Origin: a virus
IMG/VR virus record: IMGVR_UViG_3300045988_035032
Location: 1 to 40,910 of that record
Length of the DNA stretch: 40,910 bases
Direction: 5' to 3' (one strand)
Under the pieces are notes generated by a model. The model worked only from the letters and a program-made list of their open reading frames with translations. It searched no databases and was not told the DNA's origin. Positions 1-6,747 of the stretch are shown piece by piece. Made by a program: the position numbers and the translations under genes. How positions within the stretch are numbered: the stretch's first letter is position 1; every line of letters begins with the position of its first letter.

Positions 1-55
1 GTAGGCATGGCTATGCTCCGGGAGAAGCACCCTGAGATTACCCACGAGGAGGCCA
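1..55 (+). repeat. Terminal direct repeat copy 1 (identical to 40856-40910)
   Basis: gtaggcatggctatgctccgggagaagcaccctgagattacccacgaggaggcca is present at both contig ends. An ORF reads through the junction in frame. Confidence 0.95.
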
Positions 56-198
56 GGGAGATGCGTGAGTTTACTGGCCGTCACGGTCAGGAGCTGGCCG
101 CCGCCTACCCTGACAAGGAGGCATTTGAGGCCGCCGTTGAGGCTGGCATCCAGGCTGACAAAGAGGCCGCCGAGCAGGCGGAGCAGGAGCATGAGTAA
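1..198 (+). CDS. C-terminal part of a small acidic protein whose start is at 40787 (gene wraps the contig end)
   Basis: The frame is continuous from ATG 40787 through the 55-nt repeat to TAA 196-198. Its stop overlaps the endolysin start by 8 nt. The product is E/A-rich with no recognised family. Confidence 0.6.
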   Translation, partial: VGMAMLREKHPEITHEEAREMREFTGRHGQELAAAYPDKEAFEAAVEAGIQADKEAAEQAEQEHE

Positions 199-985
199 CC
201 CACTCTTTGCTATTGATGCGGGCCACTACATAGATACCCCGGGGAAACGGTGCTTGAAAAGCATCGACCCCGGGGAGACCCGGGAGTGGGTCCTGAACAG
301 CCGAATTGCTGACAAGGTGCAGGAGCGTCTGGGGGACTACAACTGTCAGACCATGCGGGTGGACGACCCGACCGGAGAAACCGATGTTTCCCTTGGAACG
401 CGGGTCACTCAGGCCAATCAGGCAGGCGCGGATGTGTATGTGTCCATCCACCACAATGCAGGCATCAACGGCGGTTCCGGCGGCGGCATTGTGATCTATA
501 CCTGCCACAATCCGCAGCAGCAGTCCGTGATTCTTCAAGAGGCCGTATACAGGCACATTGTAGATACAACCGGGCTAAAGGGGAATAGGGCCAACCCAAT
601 GTCGGAGGCAAACCTTTATGTGTTGAACAACACAAAGATGCCCGCTATTTTGGGTGAGTTTGGCTTTATGGACAGCACCACGGACACACCGATTATTTTG
701 ACCGAGGACTTTGCAAATCAGGTGGCAGACGGGATCGTCGCTGCACTGGCGGAGGTCTACGGACTGGAGGAAAAAGAAATGTCTTACGAAACCTGGAAGG
801 AGTACATGGACCGCTATCTGTCCGAACGGGCTGCACTTCCTGCAAGTGATTGGGCCGTGCCTTACATTTCTGAGGCAATCGACAAAGGGTACATGGCTGA
901 TGTAGGCGGTACAATCGAGCGGCCCCAGGGGTTTGTTACGCGAGAAGAACTAGCTACGGTAGCCGCCGCACTCAGCAAAAAGTAA
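191..985 (+). CDS. Endolysin: N-acetylmuramoyl-L-alanine amidase (Amidase_3 type) with C-terminal SLH-like wall-binding repeat
   Basis: Motifs AIDAGHY..DTPGKR, YVSIHHNA and ILGEFGFMDS are present. ATG 191 is used rather than the track start at 65. The gene lies downstream of the holin. Confidence 0.9.
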   Translation: MSNPLFAIDAGHYIDTPGKRCLKSIDPGETREWVLNSRIADKVQERLGDYNCQTMRVDDPTGETDVSLGTRVTQANQAGADVYVSIHHNAGINGGSGGGIVIYTCHNPQQQSVILQEAVYRHIVDTTGLKGNRANPMSEANLYVLNNTKMPAILGEFGFMDSTTDTPIILTEDFANQVADGIVAALAEVYGLEEKEMSYETWKEYMDRYLSERAALPASDWAVPYISEAIDKGYMADVGGTIERPQGFVTREELATVAAALSKK

Positions 986-1036
986 TTGCACACGCGGGCA
1001 CAAAATGATAAAATAAGCCCGAAAGGACGTGGTATT

Positions 1037-1345
1037 ATGGACGACAAAAATACTCCGCTGGCCTCTGAAATGTATGAGGACCTGAAAAAGGCAACAAAAT
1101 TCCGCGAGAAGCTGATTTATATTCTGCTGGCGGTGATTGCCGCTCTGGTGATCGCTTTGGCTGGGACGAATATCTATCACATATACCAGTGGAGCCAGTT
1201 TGACACCGTTGTTGTGGACAGCGGCGAGGGGTCCGGTAACGCCAACTACGTCCAGGGCGACAACACTGGAGGCATCTACAATGGCGAGAGTGGCAGTACG
1301 TCGCCGGAAAACGGGGACATCCAGGGGAACCCGAATCAAGGTTAA
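1037..1345 (+). CDS. Small single-pass membrane protein, unknown function
   Basis: ATG 1037 follows GAAAGGA. One hydrophobic helix (LIYILLAVIAALVIALAG) is followed by a G/N/S-rich tail. Confidence 0.6.
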   Translation: MDDKNTPLASEMYEDLKKATKFREKLIYILLAVIAALVIALAGTNIYHIYQWSQFDTVVVDSGEGSGNANYVQGDNTGGIYNGESGSTSPENGDIQGNPNQG

Positions 1346-1366
1346 AAAGAAAAAGAAGAAGCGCCC

Positions 1367-1570
1367 ATGAACATCCGGACCGAATTTACGGAGCCGGAAT
1401 GTGAGTGGTTCCGATCTATCTGCAACTTTACCCCGGACGAGCTGGCCGTATTCAATCTCCGCGTAAAAGATCACTCTAGAATTGAAATCGCTATGGCGCT
1501 CAAAATGTCTGAGTCAACTGTAGACCGCCGTATCCGGGGCATCAAAAAGAAAATTCATAAGGTTCTGTGA
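1367..1570 (+). CDS. Sigma-70 region-4 / LuxR-like HTH protein (67 aa)
   Basis: LTPDELAVFNLR...SRIEIAMALKMSESTVDRRIRGIKKKI is a typical region-4 HTH. A strong terminator follows. Confidence 0.7.
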   Translation: MNIRTEFTEPECEWFRSICNFTPDELAVFNLRVKDHSRIEIAMALKMSESTVDRRIRGIKKKIHKVL

Positions 1571-1589
1571 CAGCTTTGTGACAGTTTTT

Positions 1590-1623
1590 AGAGGGTTAAC
1601 TGACAGGTTAGCCCTCTTTTTTT
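1590..1623 (+). terminator. Rho-independent terminator
   Basis: 11-bp stem AGAGGGTTAAC/GTTAGCCCTCT (one G-U pair), 6-nt loop, then T7. Confidence 0.8.
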
Positions 1624-1725
1624 ATGCGAAAATTTAAGCATGGAGGACGTGGGGATACAGGGTTGGTACACGTCGCCGCCCTCCTCACGGACTCCATATT
1701 TTTTATGAAAAGGACGTGTTTTGAT

Positions 1726-1929
1726 ATGACTCCTGTAGAAAGATTAGTTGCCGCCGGGATTCGTCCAGATTGCGCCAGTGAGACAGTTATGTGGTTTCGG
1801 GCACAGGGGGATGATTATGGTTTGGAAAAGTATCTGAATGAGGTGGAAAGCCGCCATGCGAACAACGGAGAGGTATTCCTGGCACAACGAAAACCCTTAC
1901 AACAGGAATGTGGGAGACTGCACGGTTAG
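1726..1929 (+). CDS. Hypothetical protein (start ATG 1726 preferred over 1624)
   Basis: AAAGGACG RBS lies upstream. The 3' end overlaps the next ORF by 74-92 nt in another frame, so its extent is uncertain. Confidence 0.4.
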   Translation: MTPVERLVAAGIRPDCASETVMWFRAQGDDYGLEKYLNEVESRHANNGEVFLAQRKPLQQECGRLHG

Positions 1930-2230
1930 AGCTATTTCCACCGCTTTGGACCAGGCCTGGGACACCACCTACATAGGCCTGTGCCTGGAAGGGTATCTCC
2001 TGAAGGATATGCCAAGCTCCAACGAGGTGTGGAGGAGCTATCTGAGCAAGTATGGTCTGGAGCGAAGACCGGCTCCGCCTCACACAACGGTGAATGAATT
2101 TGCCAGGACACATAGAAACGGTGTGTACCTTCTCGGCCTGAATTCCCATGTGGTCTGTATTATCGACGGGACGATTCTGGATACATGGGATTCTGGGGAA
2201 AAGGAAGTTTTGTACTACTGGAAAGGATGA
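1856..2230 (+). CDS. Hypothetical protein with putative Cys-His-Asp (papain-like) triad
   Basis: GAGGTGGA RBS lies 7 nt before ATG 1856. Candidate triad motifs are NVGDCTVRAIS, NSHVVCIIDG and DTWDS. Confidence 0.6.
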   Translation: MRTTERYSWHNENPYNRNVGDCTVRAISTALDQAWDTTYIGLCLEGYLLKDMPSSNEVWRSYLSKYGLERRPAPPHTTVNEFARTHRNGVYLLGLNSHVVCIIDGTILDTWDSGEKEVLYYWKG

Positions 2231-2236
2231 CGTGAT

Positions 2237-2710
2237 ATGGCCTATACACCTACACCTTACTATCCGGGCTATCAGCCCATGTACTACCAGCCGCCCATGC
2301 CGGACCAACTGGCCCAGCTCCGTGGGCAGCAGTTCCAACCTCCCATGCAAGGACCGCAAATGCCGCCCGTACAGTCCCAGCAAAATGGGCAGTCCATGGT
2401 TTGGGTGAATGGAGAGCAGGAGGCCATGGGATATCTTGTGGCTCCCAACAGTGCCGTTGCTTTATGGGACAGCAACAGCCCCACTATTTATCTCAAACAG
2501 GCGGATGCCTCTGGAAAGCCCAGCATCAAAATTTATGATCTGGTAGAACGTAGCAATGCCACAAGGACGGCCCCAGCAGCCACGCAGGAGCCTTCTATCC
2601 GCTATGCCACCCAGGATGACCTGGACGCTCTTGCGGCCCGTGTGGACGCTCTGAGCGCCAAAGAGACGGCCCCGGTAAAAAAGAAATCTGTGAAGGAGGA
2701 TGCTGAATGA
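2237..2710 (+). CDS. P/Q/Y-rich N-terminal low-complexity protein with small C-terminal globular domain
   Basis: The first ~50 residues are almost only P, Q, Y and M, followed by WVNGEQEAMGYLVAPNSAVALWDS. The stop overlaps the next start (ATGA). Confidence 0.7.
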   Translation: MAYTPTPYYPGYQPMYYQPPMPDQLAQLRGQQFQPPMQGPQMPPVQSQQNGQSMVWVNGEQEAMGYLVAPNSAVALWDSNSPTIYLKQADASGKPSIKIYDLVERSNATRTAPAATQEPSIRYATQDDLDALAARVDALSAKETAPVKKKSVKEDAE

Positions 2711-2925
2711 ATCCGTTTTTTGGTGTGATGGGCGGAGGCCGCCCCAACATGATGCAGCAGTTCCAGCAGTTTATGAACCAGATGAAGGGGACGGACCCCA
2801 ACGCCATGATACAAGAGATGGTATCATCTGGCCGCATTTCCCAAGATCAGCTTAACCAGGTCCAGAAACAAGCCCAGCAGATGTCAGGCATGTTTGAGGG
2901 GATGAGGGGAATGTTTGGTAAATAA
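2707..2925 (+). CDS. Small Q/M-rich protein
   Basis: ATGA-coupled to the upstream gene. The sequence MMQQFQQFMNQMKG...QAQQMSGMFEGMRGMFGK is low complexity. Confidence 0.6.
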   Translation: MNPFFGVMGGGRPNMMQQFQQFMNQMKGTDPNAMIQEMVSSGRISQDQLNQVQKQAQQMSGMFEGMRGMFGK

Positions 2926-2982
2926 CTTCAATCAAAATCCGTGGCCACGGTTTTGAAAATAAATCAAAAAGGAGATAACACA

Positions 2983-3732
2983 ATGAGTCTTTCTTCTGAC
3001 AATGTGGCTCTGACCATGCCTGTCCAGCCTGCCAATTCTAACGGTAACGGCAGCATGTGGGGCGGCGATTGGTCCAGCTGGATCATTTTGTTCCTTATCT
3101 GGGGCATCTTTGGATGGGGCAACGGCGGCTATGGCGGCTTCGGCGGAGGCGGCGGGGTTAATAATCCCGGCCTACAAGGACTTGCTACCAGGTCCGACAT
3201 CAACGAGGGCTTTGCGCTGAACGGTCTCCAGACCGGCCAGAGCGGTATCCTCTCCGCCGTAACCAATGGCTTCCATGGTGTGGATAATGCTATCTGCAAT
3301 CTCGGCTATCAGCTCCAGGACTGCTGCTGCCAGACCCAGCGGGCAGTGGACGGCGTGAATTATAACCTGTCCACCCAGGGTGCGGCTACCCAGGCGGCAA
3401 TTCAGGGCGTTCGCTACGACATGGCTACCCAGGCTTGCGATACCCGGAATACCATCCAGAACAGCACCAGGGACATCATCGACAACCAGAACGCCAACAG
3501 CCGTGCGATCCTTGACTTTTTGACTCAGGACAAGATTGCTACTCTGACGGCTGAAAACCAGAGCCTGAAGTTCCAGGCTTCCCAGGCGGCACAGAACGCT
3601 TTCTTCACCGCCAATCAGGAGGCCCAGACCGCTGAACTGATCCGCCGCATCAGCCCCATGCCTGTTCCGGCCTATCAGGTGCCCAACCCTTATGCCGGTT
3701 GTGGGTGTAATCCCTGCGGCGGCTGCTGCTAA
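2983..3732 (+). CDS. Membrane-anchored Gly-rich / Q,N-rich protein with Cys-rich C-terminus
   Basis: AAGGAG lies 8 nt before ATG 2983. It has a W/F-rich TM helix, a GGYGGFGGGGG run, a CCC motif and the terminal CGCNPCGGCC. Confidence 0.75.
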   Translation: MSLSSDNVALTMPVQPANSNGNGSMWGGDWSSWIILFLIWGIFGWGNGGYGGFGGGGGVNNPGLQGLATRSDINEGFALNGLQTGQSGILSAVTNGFHGVDNAICNLGYQLQDCCCQTQRAVDGVNYNLSTQGAATQAAIQGVRYDMATQACDTRNTIQNSTRDIIDNQNANSRAILDFLTQDKIATLTAENQSLKFQASQAAQNAFFTANQEAQTAELIRRISPMPVPAYQVPNPYAGCGCNPCGGCC

Positions 3733-3771
3733 AACCCAATACATCAACTTTCCGGCATGACCGGAATGTTC

Positions 3772-3829
3772 GGCCCCGTGCCGATTTTGAACTATGCGGC
3801 GGGGCAATAGCCTCGCCGCTAATCTTTTT
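3772..3829 (+). promoter_or_regulatory. Attenuator-like pair of mutually exclusive hairpins upstream of the C1q-like gene
   Basis: Hairpin A (3773-3805) and hairpin B (3796-3819, 9 bp, followed by a T5 run) share GCGGCGGGGC. Confidence 0.35.
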
Positions 3830-4268
3830 GAAAGGAATGATTTTTTTGGCCGAGTACACAAATAGCGCAATCGTAACCGTTGCCGCTGGTCAGAACGTGC
3901 CCTTTACCGAGGAGGCCAACACGAGCAAGCCCTGCATCGTACACCGGGAGGGTGCTGGACTGGTGACTCTTCGTGGGCTTACGAACCAGTGTCGGGCGAA
4001 ATTCAAAGTCTCCTTTGGCGCCAATATCGCCATCCCTGACGGCGGGACCGTGGAGGCCATCACTGCGGCAATCTCCATCAATGGTGAGGCGCTGACCGCA
4101 TCCACCGCCACTGTTACCCCTGCCGCTGTGGAGAATTTCTTTAATATCTATGTCTCCGCTGTGGTAGATGTCCCCCGTGGCTGCTGTGTCACTGTTGCCG
4201 CAAAAAACACCAGTACACAGCCTATTTTAGTAGCCAACAGTAACTTCATTGTTGAGCGTGTAGCCTGA
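3828..4268 (+). CDS. Small beta-rich protein resembling BclA C-terminal / C1q-TNF-like jelly-roll domains
   Basis: Pattern QNVPF...GLVTLRG...FKVSFGANIA...ISINGE...NSNFIVERV. The start is uncertain (TTG 3828, ATG 3837 or TTG 3846). Confidence 0.65.
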   Translation: MKGMIFLAEYTNSAIVTVAAGQNVPFTEEANTSKPCIVHREGAGLVTLRGLTNQCRAKFKVSFGANIAIPDGGTVEAITAAISINGEALTASTATVTPAAVENFFNIYVSAVVDVPRGCCVTVAAKNTSTQPILVANSNFIVERVA

Positions 4269-4282
4269 AAGGAGAGGATACT

Positions 4283-4705
4283 ATGAAAGCACTATACGAG
4301 CTGAAGGATAAGCTCCAAGACGAACTGGACGAGATTGCCCGCAAGCCTGAAATGTCTGCTGGTGATCTGGAGACCGTCCACAAGCTGACTGATACCATCA
4401 AGAACATCGATAAAATCTGCGCTCTGGAGGAGGCCGGTGACTACTCTGAGGCGGGCGACTGGGAGGGACGCGGCTCCTATAACCGTGGCTCCAGCTATGC
4501 TAACCGTGGTAAGCACTATGTCCGAGGACACTATAGCCGGGACAGTTATAGCAACCGTGGTGACTATAGCAGAGATGGAGGATATAGCCGTCATGATGCC
4601 AAGGAGGCTATGATAGAGCAGGCCCGTGAGATGATGGAAAATGCCACTACTGACCGAGAGCGTGAAGCGATCCGCCGTTTTATGAGCGAGCTGGGCCGGG
4701 ACTGA
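4283..4705 (+). CDS. Coiled-coil protein with central R/G/S/Y low-complexity repeat
   Basis: GGAGAGGA RBS. The core RGSYNRGSSYANRGKHYVRGHYSRDSYSNRGDYSRDGGYSRHD is flanked by helical acidic segments. Confidence 0.7.
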   Translation: MKALYELKDKLQDELDEIARKPEMSAGDLETVHKLTDTIKNIDKICALEEAGDYSEAGDWEGRGSYNRGSSYANRGKHYVRGHYSRDSYSNRGDYSRDGGYSRHDAKEAMIEQAREMMENATTDREREAIRRFMSELGRD

Positions 4706-4720
4706 TAGGGGGTGTCCCCC

Positions 4721-5059
4721 ATGCTTGACCGCAAGGAGATAGATATTGAAATTGCTCGTCTGGAATACGGAGAATCCAGCTACCCAGCATACCAAAAGTT
4801 AGCAAATCTATACACGATCAGGGACCGTATGGACCGGCAAGAACGTCCGGCGACATATGAGACATCTTACTCCACTGCACCGGCAGTTTCCGAGGAATAC
4901 ACGGTAGTTGATGACTACGGGGACAGCGATTTTTTGCGTAGCGTGTATGGCAGGGATCAGAGGGCGGCATGGGCCGTTATGGATGATCTGATGGACACGC
5001 TCCACACAGTCAACCCACGGGTGTATGAGGGTGTCATGAGGAAAATTCAGGCCCTCTAA
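4721..5059 (+). CDS. Hypothetical protein
   Basis: AGGGGGTG RBS precedes ATG 4721. This is the last gene of the moron operon and a strong terminator follows. Confidence 0.65.
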   Translation: MLDRKEIDIEIARLEYGESSYPAYQKLANLYTIRDRMDRQERPATYETSYSTAPAVSEEYTVVDDYGDSDFLRSVYGRDQRAAWAVMDDLMDTLHTVNPRVYEGVMRKIQAL

Positions 5060-5064
5060 ACTAG

Positions 5065-5097
5065 TCCGCCCCCCTTTATGGGGGGGCGGATTTTCTT
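5065..5097 (+). terminator. Rho-independent terminator
   Basis: TCCGCCCCCC-TTTAT-GGGGGGGCGGA followed by TTTTCTT. Confidence 0.85.
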
Positions 5098-5118
5098 ATG
5101 AAATTCTTATCCATTGGA

Positions 5119-5133
5119 CATTATTTGGGCATT
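5119..5133 (+). repeat. Arm-type repeat (left arm) CATTATTTGGGCATT
   Basis: The same 15-mer recurs at 5341-5355. Confidence 0.7.
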
Positions 5134-5243
5134 GTTTTTATAAAAGATATGAAGGATATTATATTTTATGATAGAAAAGTGTAAAAATATAGAGTATATA
5201 CATATTATTCAACAACAAAAAAGATATAAAAAGGATATAGCTT

Positions 5244-5269
5244 GGTTCGACTCCCGTCAGCCGCACCAA
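5244..5269 (+). other. tRNA 3'-end fragment (T-loop, 3' acceptor strand, CCA) = attachment core; not a full tRNA
   Basis: GGTTCGACTCCCGTCAGCCGCACCA is present. The upstream sequence is AT-rich and cannot form D or anticodon arms. Confidence 0.75.
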
Positions 5270-5274
5270 CAAAA

Positions 5275-5320
5275 AACCCTGGAAGTCCTGTATTTGCAAG
5301 GCTTCCGGGGTTTTACTTTT
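5275..5320. terminator. Bidirectional terminator hairpin after the tRNA core / after int
   Basis: AACCCTGGAAG...CTTCCGGGGTT stem, with TTTTACTTTTT on plus and TTTTTTGTTGG on minus. Confidence 0.7.
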
Positions 5321-5334
5321 TCTCGAAAATTCGG

Positions 5335-5356
5335 TTTGGGCATTATTTGGGCATTA
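5335..5356 (+). repeat. Arm-type repeats (right arm), tandem TTTGGGCATTA x2
   Basis: Two exact tandem 11-mers overlap the int stop codon. Confidence 0.7.
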
Positions 5357-6538
5357 TTGAGCTTTTTTCTTTAGTCGGGAAACCAGAGTATCTGCCACGG
5401 CCTGACTGGCTGCAGCTTTAGATTCCGCAAACTCATAGGCATAGATATTTAGGGTGGTAGATACCTGAGAGTGACCTAAATTTGCGGCTACGGTCTGTGC
5501 ATCGGCCCCAGAGTTAATCAATAAGGCGGCATTTAGATGTCGAAACGCATGTATGCCAAGAAAACGAAATCCATGTGCGGCACAATGTTTTTTCAGCCAC
5601 GCATAAGGTGTGTTAGGGTGCATGGGGGCTCCATCCGCAGTAGTAAATACACGATTACTCCCTTTCCATTGATCACCAATCATAAGCATTGTTTCCGCTT
5701 GACTGGCATGGAGTTTACGCAGTACATCAAAGACCACCTTTGGCTGTTTCAGAATACGCTTGCTCCCTTCAGTTTTTGGGATGTCAGTGTAAATACCACG
5801 TTCCTTGGTGTATAAGCTGGCACGGTTGACGGCTATCAGGCAATTCCGGAAGTCGATATCATCCCATTCAAACCCCAATAGTTCCTCACGCCGATACCCG
5901 CAGAAAATCGCAAGAGTGAAAAAAGCGCGATATTTTAATGGGGCATCCTCCAAACTTTCTAAAATCTGTACCGCTTCTTCAACCGTGTACCACTTCTTTT
6001 GCGATCTATCGGCCTTTGGAGGTTTTACATTGGAGCATGGGTTATCATGAATCAGCTCCATATCAACCGCATAAGAGAAGATAGATGACAGCAGGGAAAG
6101 ATAATTCCTTTGAGTTTTGGGAGATAGAGGCTTTTTTGTTATCATATTTGCTCCAGGTTGTCCCAGCTTTGCAACGAACGCTTTTATCTGTCTAGGAGTG
6201 ATTTTGTCCAGGTAATAGTGTCCCAATTCATCTATGATACGTTGCTTTAAACTCTCATATCCTACAGCGGTCCTATGGCGGAGGTCAACCGATGCGTATT
6301 CTTCCATGTATCGCTCTACAAAAACAGAAAACTTTATATGGCCTGACTGGACAGAAAGACTTTTACAGGTTTCATCAAATAAAACGGCTTGTCTGGTAAG
6401 CTCCCTCTCAATTTGTTTTTGCGTCATTCCGGGATCAGGGGTCCAGGTCATGGATGGCTGGACCTGTCGCCCGTCTACTCGGTATCCGACGGATGCCCGA
6501 ATACGGTAAGATTTCCCTCTTTTTTCTATATGGGCCAT
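5354..6538 (-). CDS. int: Tyrosine integrase (phage integrase family)
   Basis: N-terminal MAHIEKRGKSYRIRASVGY arm-binding domain, SAM-like core, and C-terminal HAFRH...LGHSQVSTTLNIYAY catalytic motifs. AAGGAGG RBS. Confidence 0.95.
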   Translation of the reverse strand: MAHIEKRGKSYRIRASVGYRVDGRQVQPSMTWTPDPGMTQKQIERELTRQAVLFDETCKSLSVQSGHIKFSVFVERYMEEYASVDLRHRTAVGYESLKQRIIDELGHYYLDKITPRQIKAFVAKLGQPGANMITKKPLSPKTQRNYLSLLSSIFSYAVDMELIHDNPCSNVKPPKADRSQKKWYTVEEAVQILESLEDAPLKYRAFFTLAIFCGYRREELLGFEWDDIDFRNCLIAVNRASLYTKERGIYTDIPKTEGSKRILKQPKVVFDVLRKLHASQAETMLMIGDQWKGSNRVFTTADGAPMHPNTPYAWLKKHCAAHGFRFLGIHAFRHLNAALLINSGADAQTVAANLGHSQVSTTLNIYAYEFAESKAAASQAVADTLVSRLKKKAQ

Positions 6539-6633
6539 AAAAGTTCCTCCTTGTTATTGCACCTTTTGACCCGGTATGATACAATAAAAGGGCGCAAAGG
6601 TGCCTTGATTTAGCTGTCTGGGTGCTTTGCTTA

Positions 6634-6747
6634 CCGTTGATGTTGGTAGCATCTACGGCCTGCCCTCAGTGTTGGTAGCACTGGGGGCGTTTTTATTTTG
6701 TTCCCCTGTCTCGGTGTTGGTAGCGCCGGGGTGGGGAGTTTTTATTT
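6634..6747 (+). repeat. Three tandem plus-strand stem-loops sharing the loop G-TTGGTAG-C; the second and third are terminators
   Basis: Stems 6634-6642/6650-6658, 6661-6671/6679-6689 (+TTTTTATTTT) and 6704-6716/6724-6736 (+TTTTTATTT). Stems differ but stay paired, several via G-U pairs valid only on plus-strand RNA. Confidence 0.6.

Larger units (their letters stand above)
5100..5360. other. attP region
   Basis: An AT-rich segment next to int contains a tRNA 3'-end core (5244-5269). It is flanked on both sides by direct TTTGGGCATTA arm-type repeats. Confidence 0.7.

Noticed and set aside
65-190. N-terminal 42-codon extension of the endolysin ORF in the track.
   Set aside because: The extension is Arg/Pro-rich and overlaps the upstream acidic ORF in another frame. 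ATG 191 directly precedes the conserved amidase N-terminus.
5244-5269. Possible tRNA gene.
   Set aside because: Only the T-loop, 3' acceptor strand and CCA are present. The upstream sequence is AT-rich and cannot form D or anticodon arms. It is treated as the attP core.
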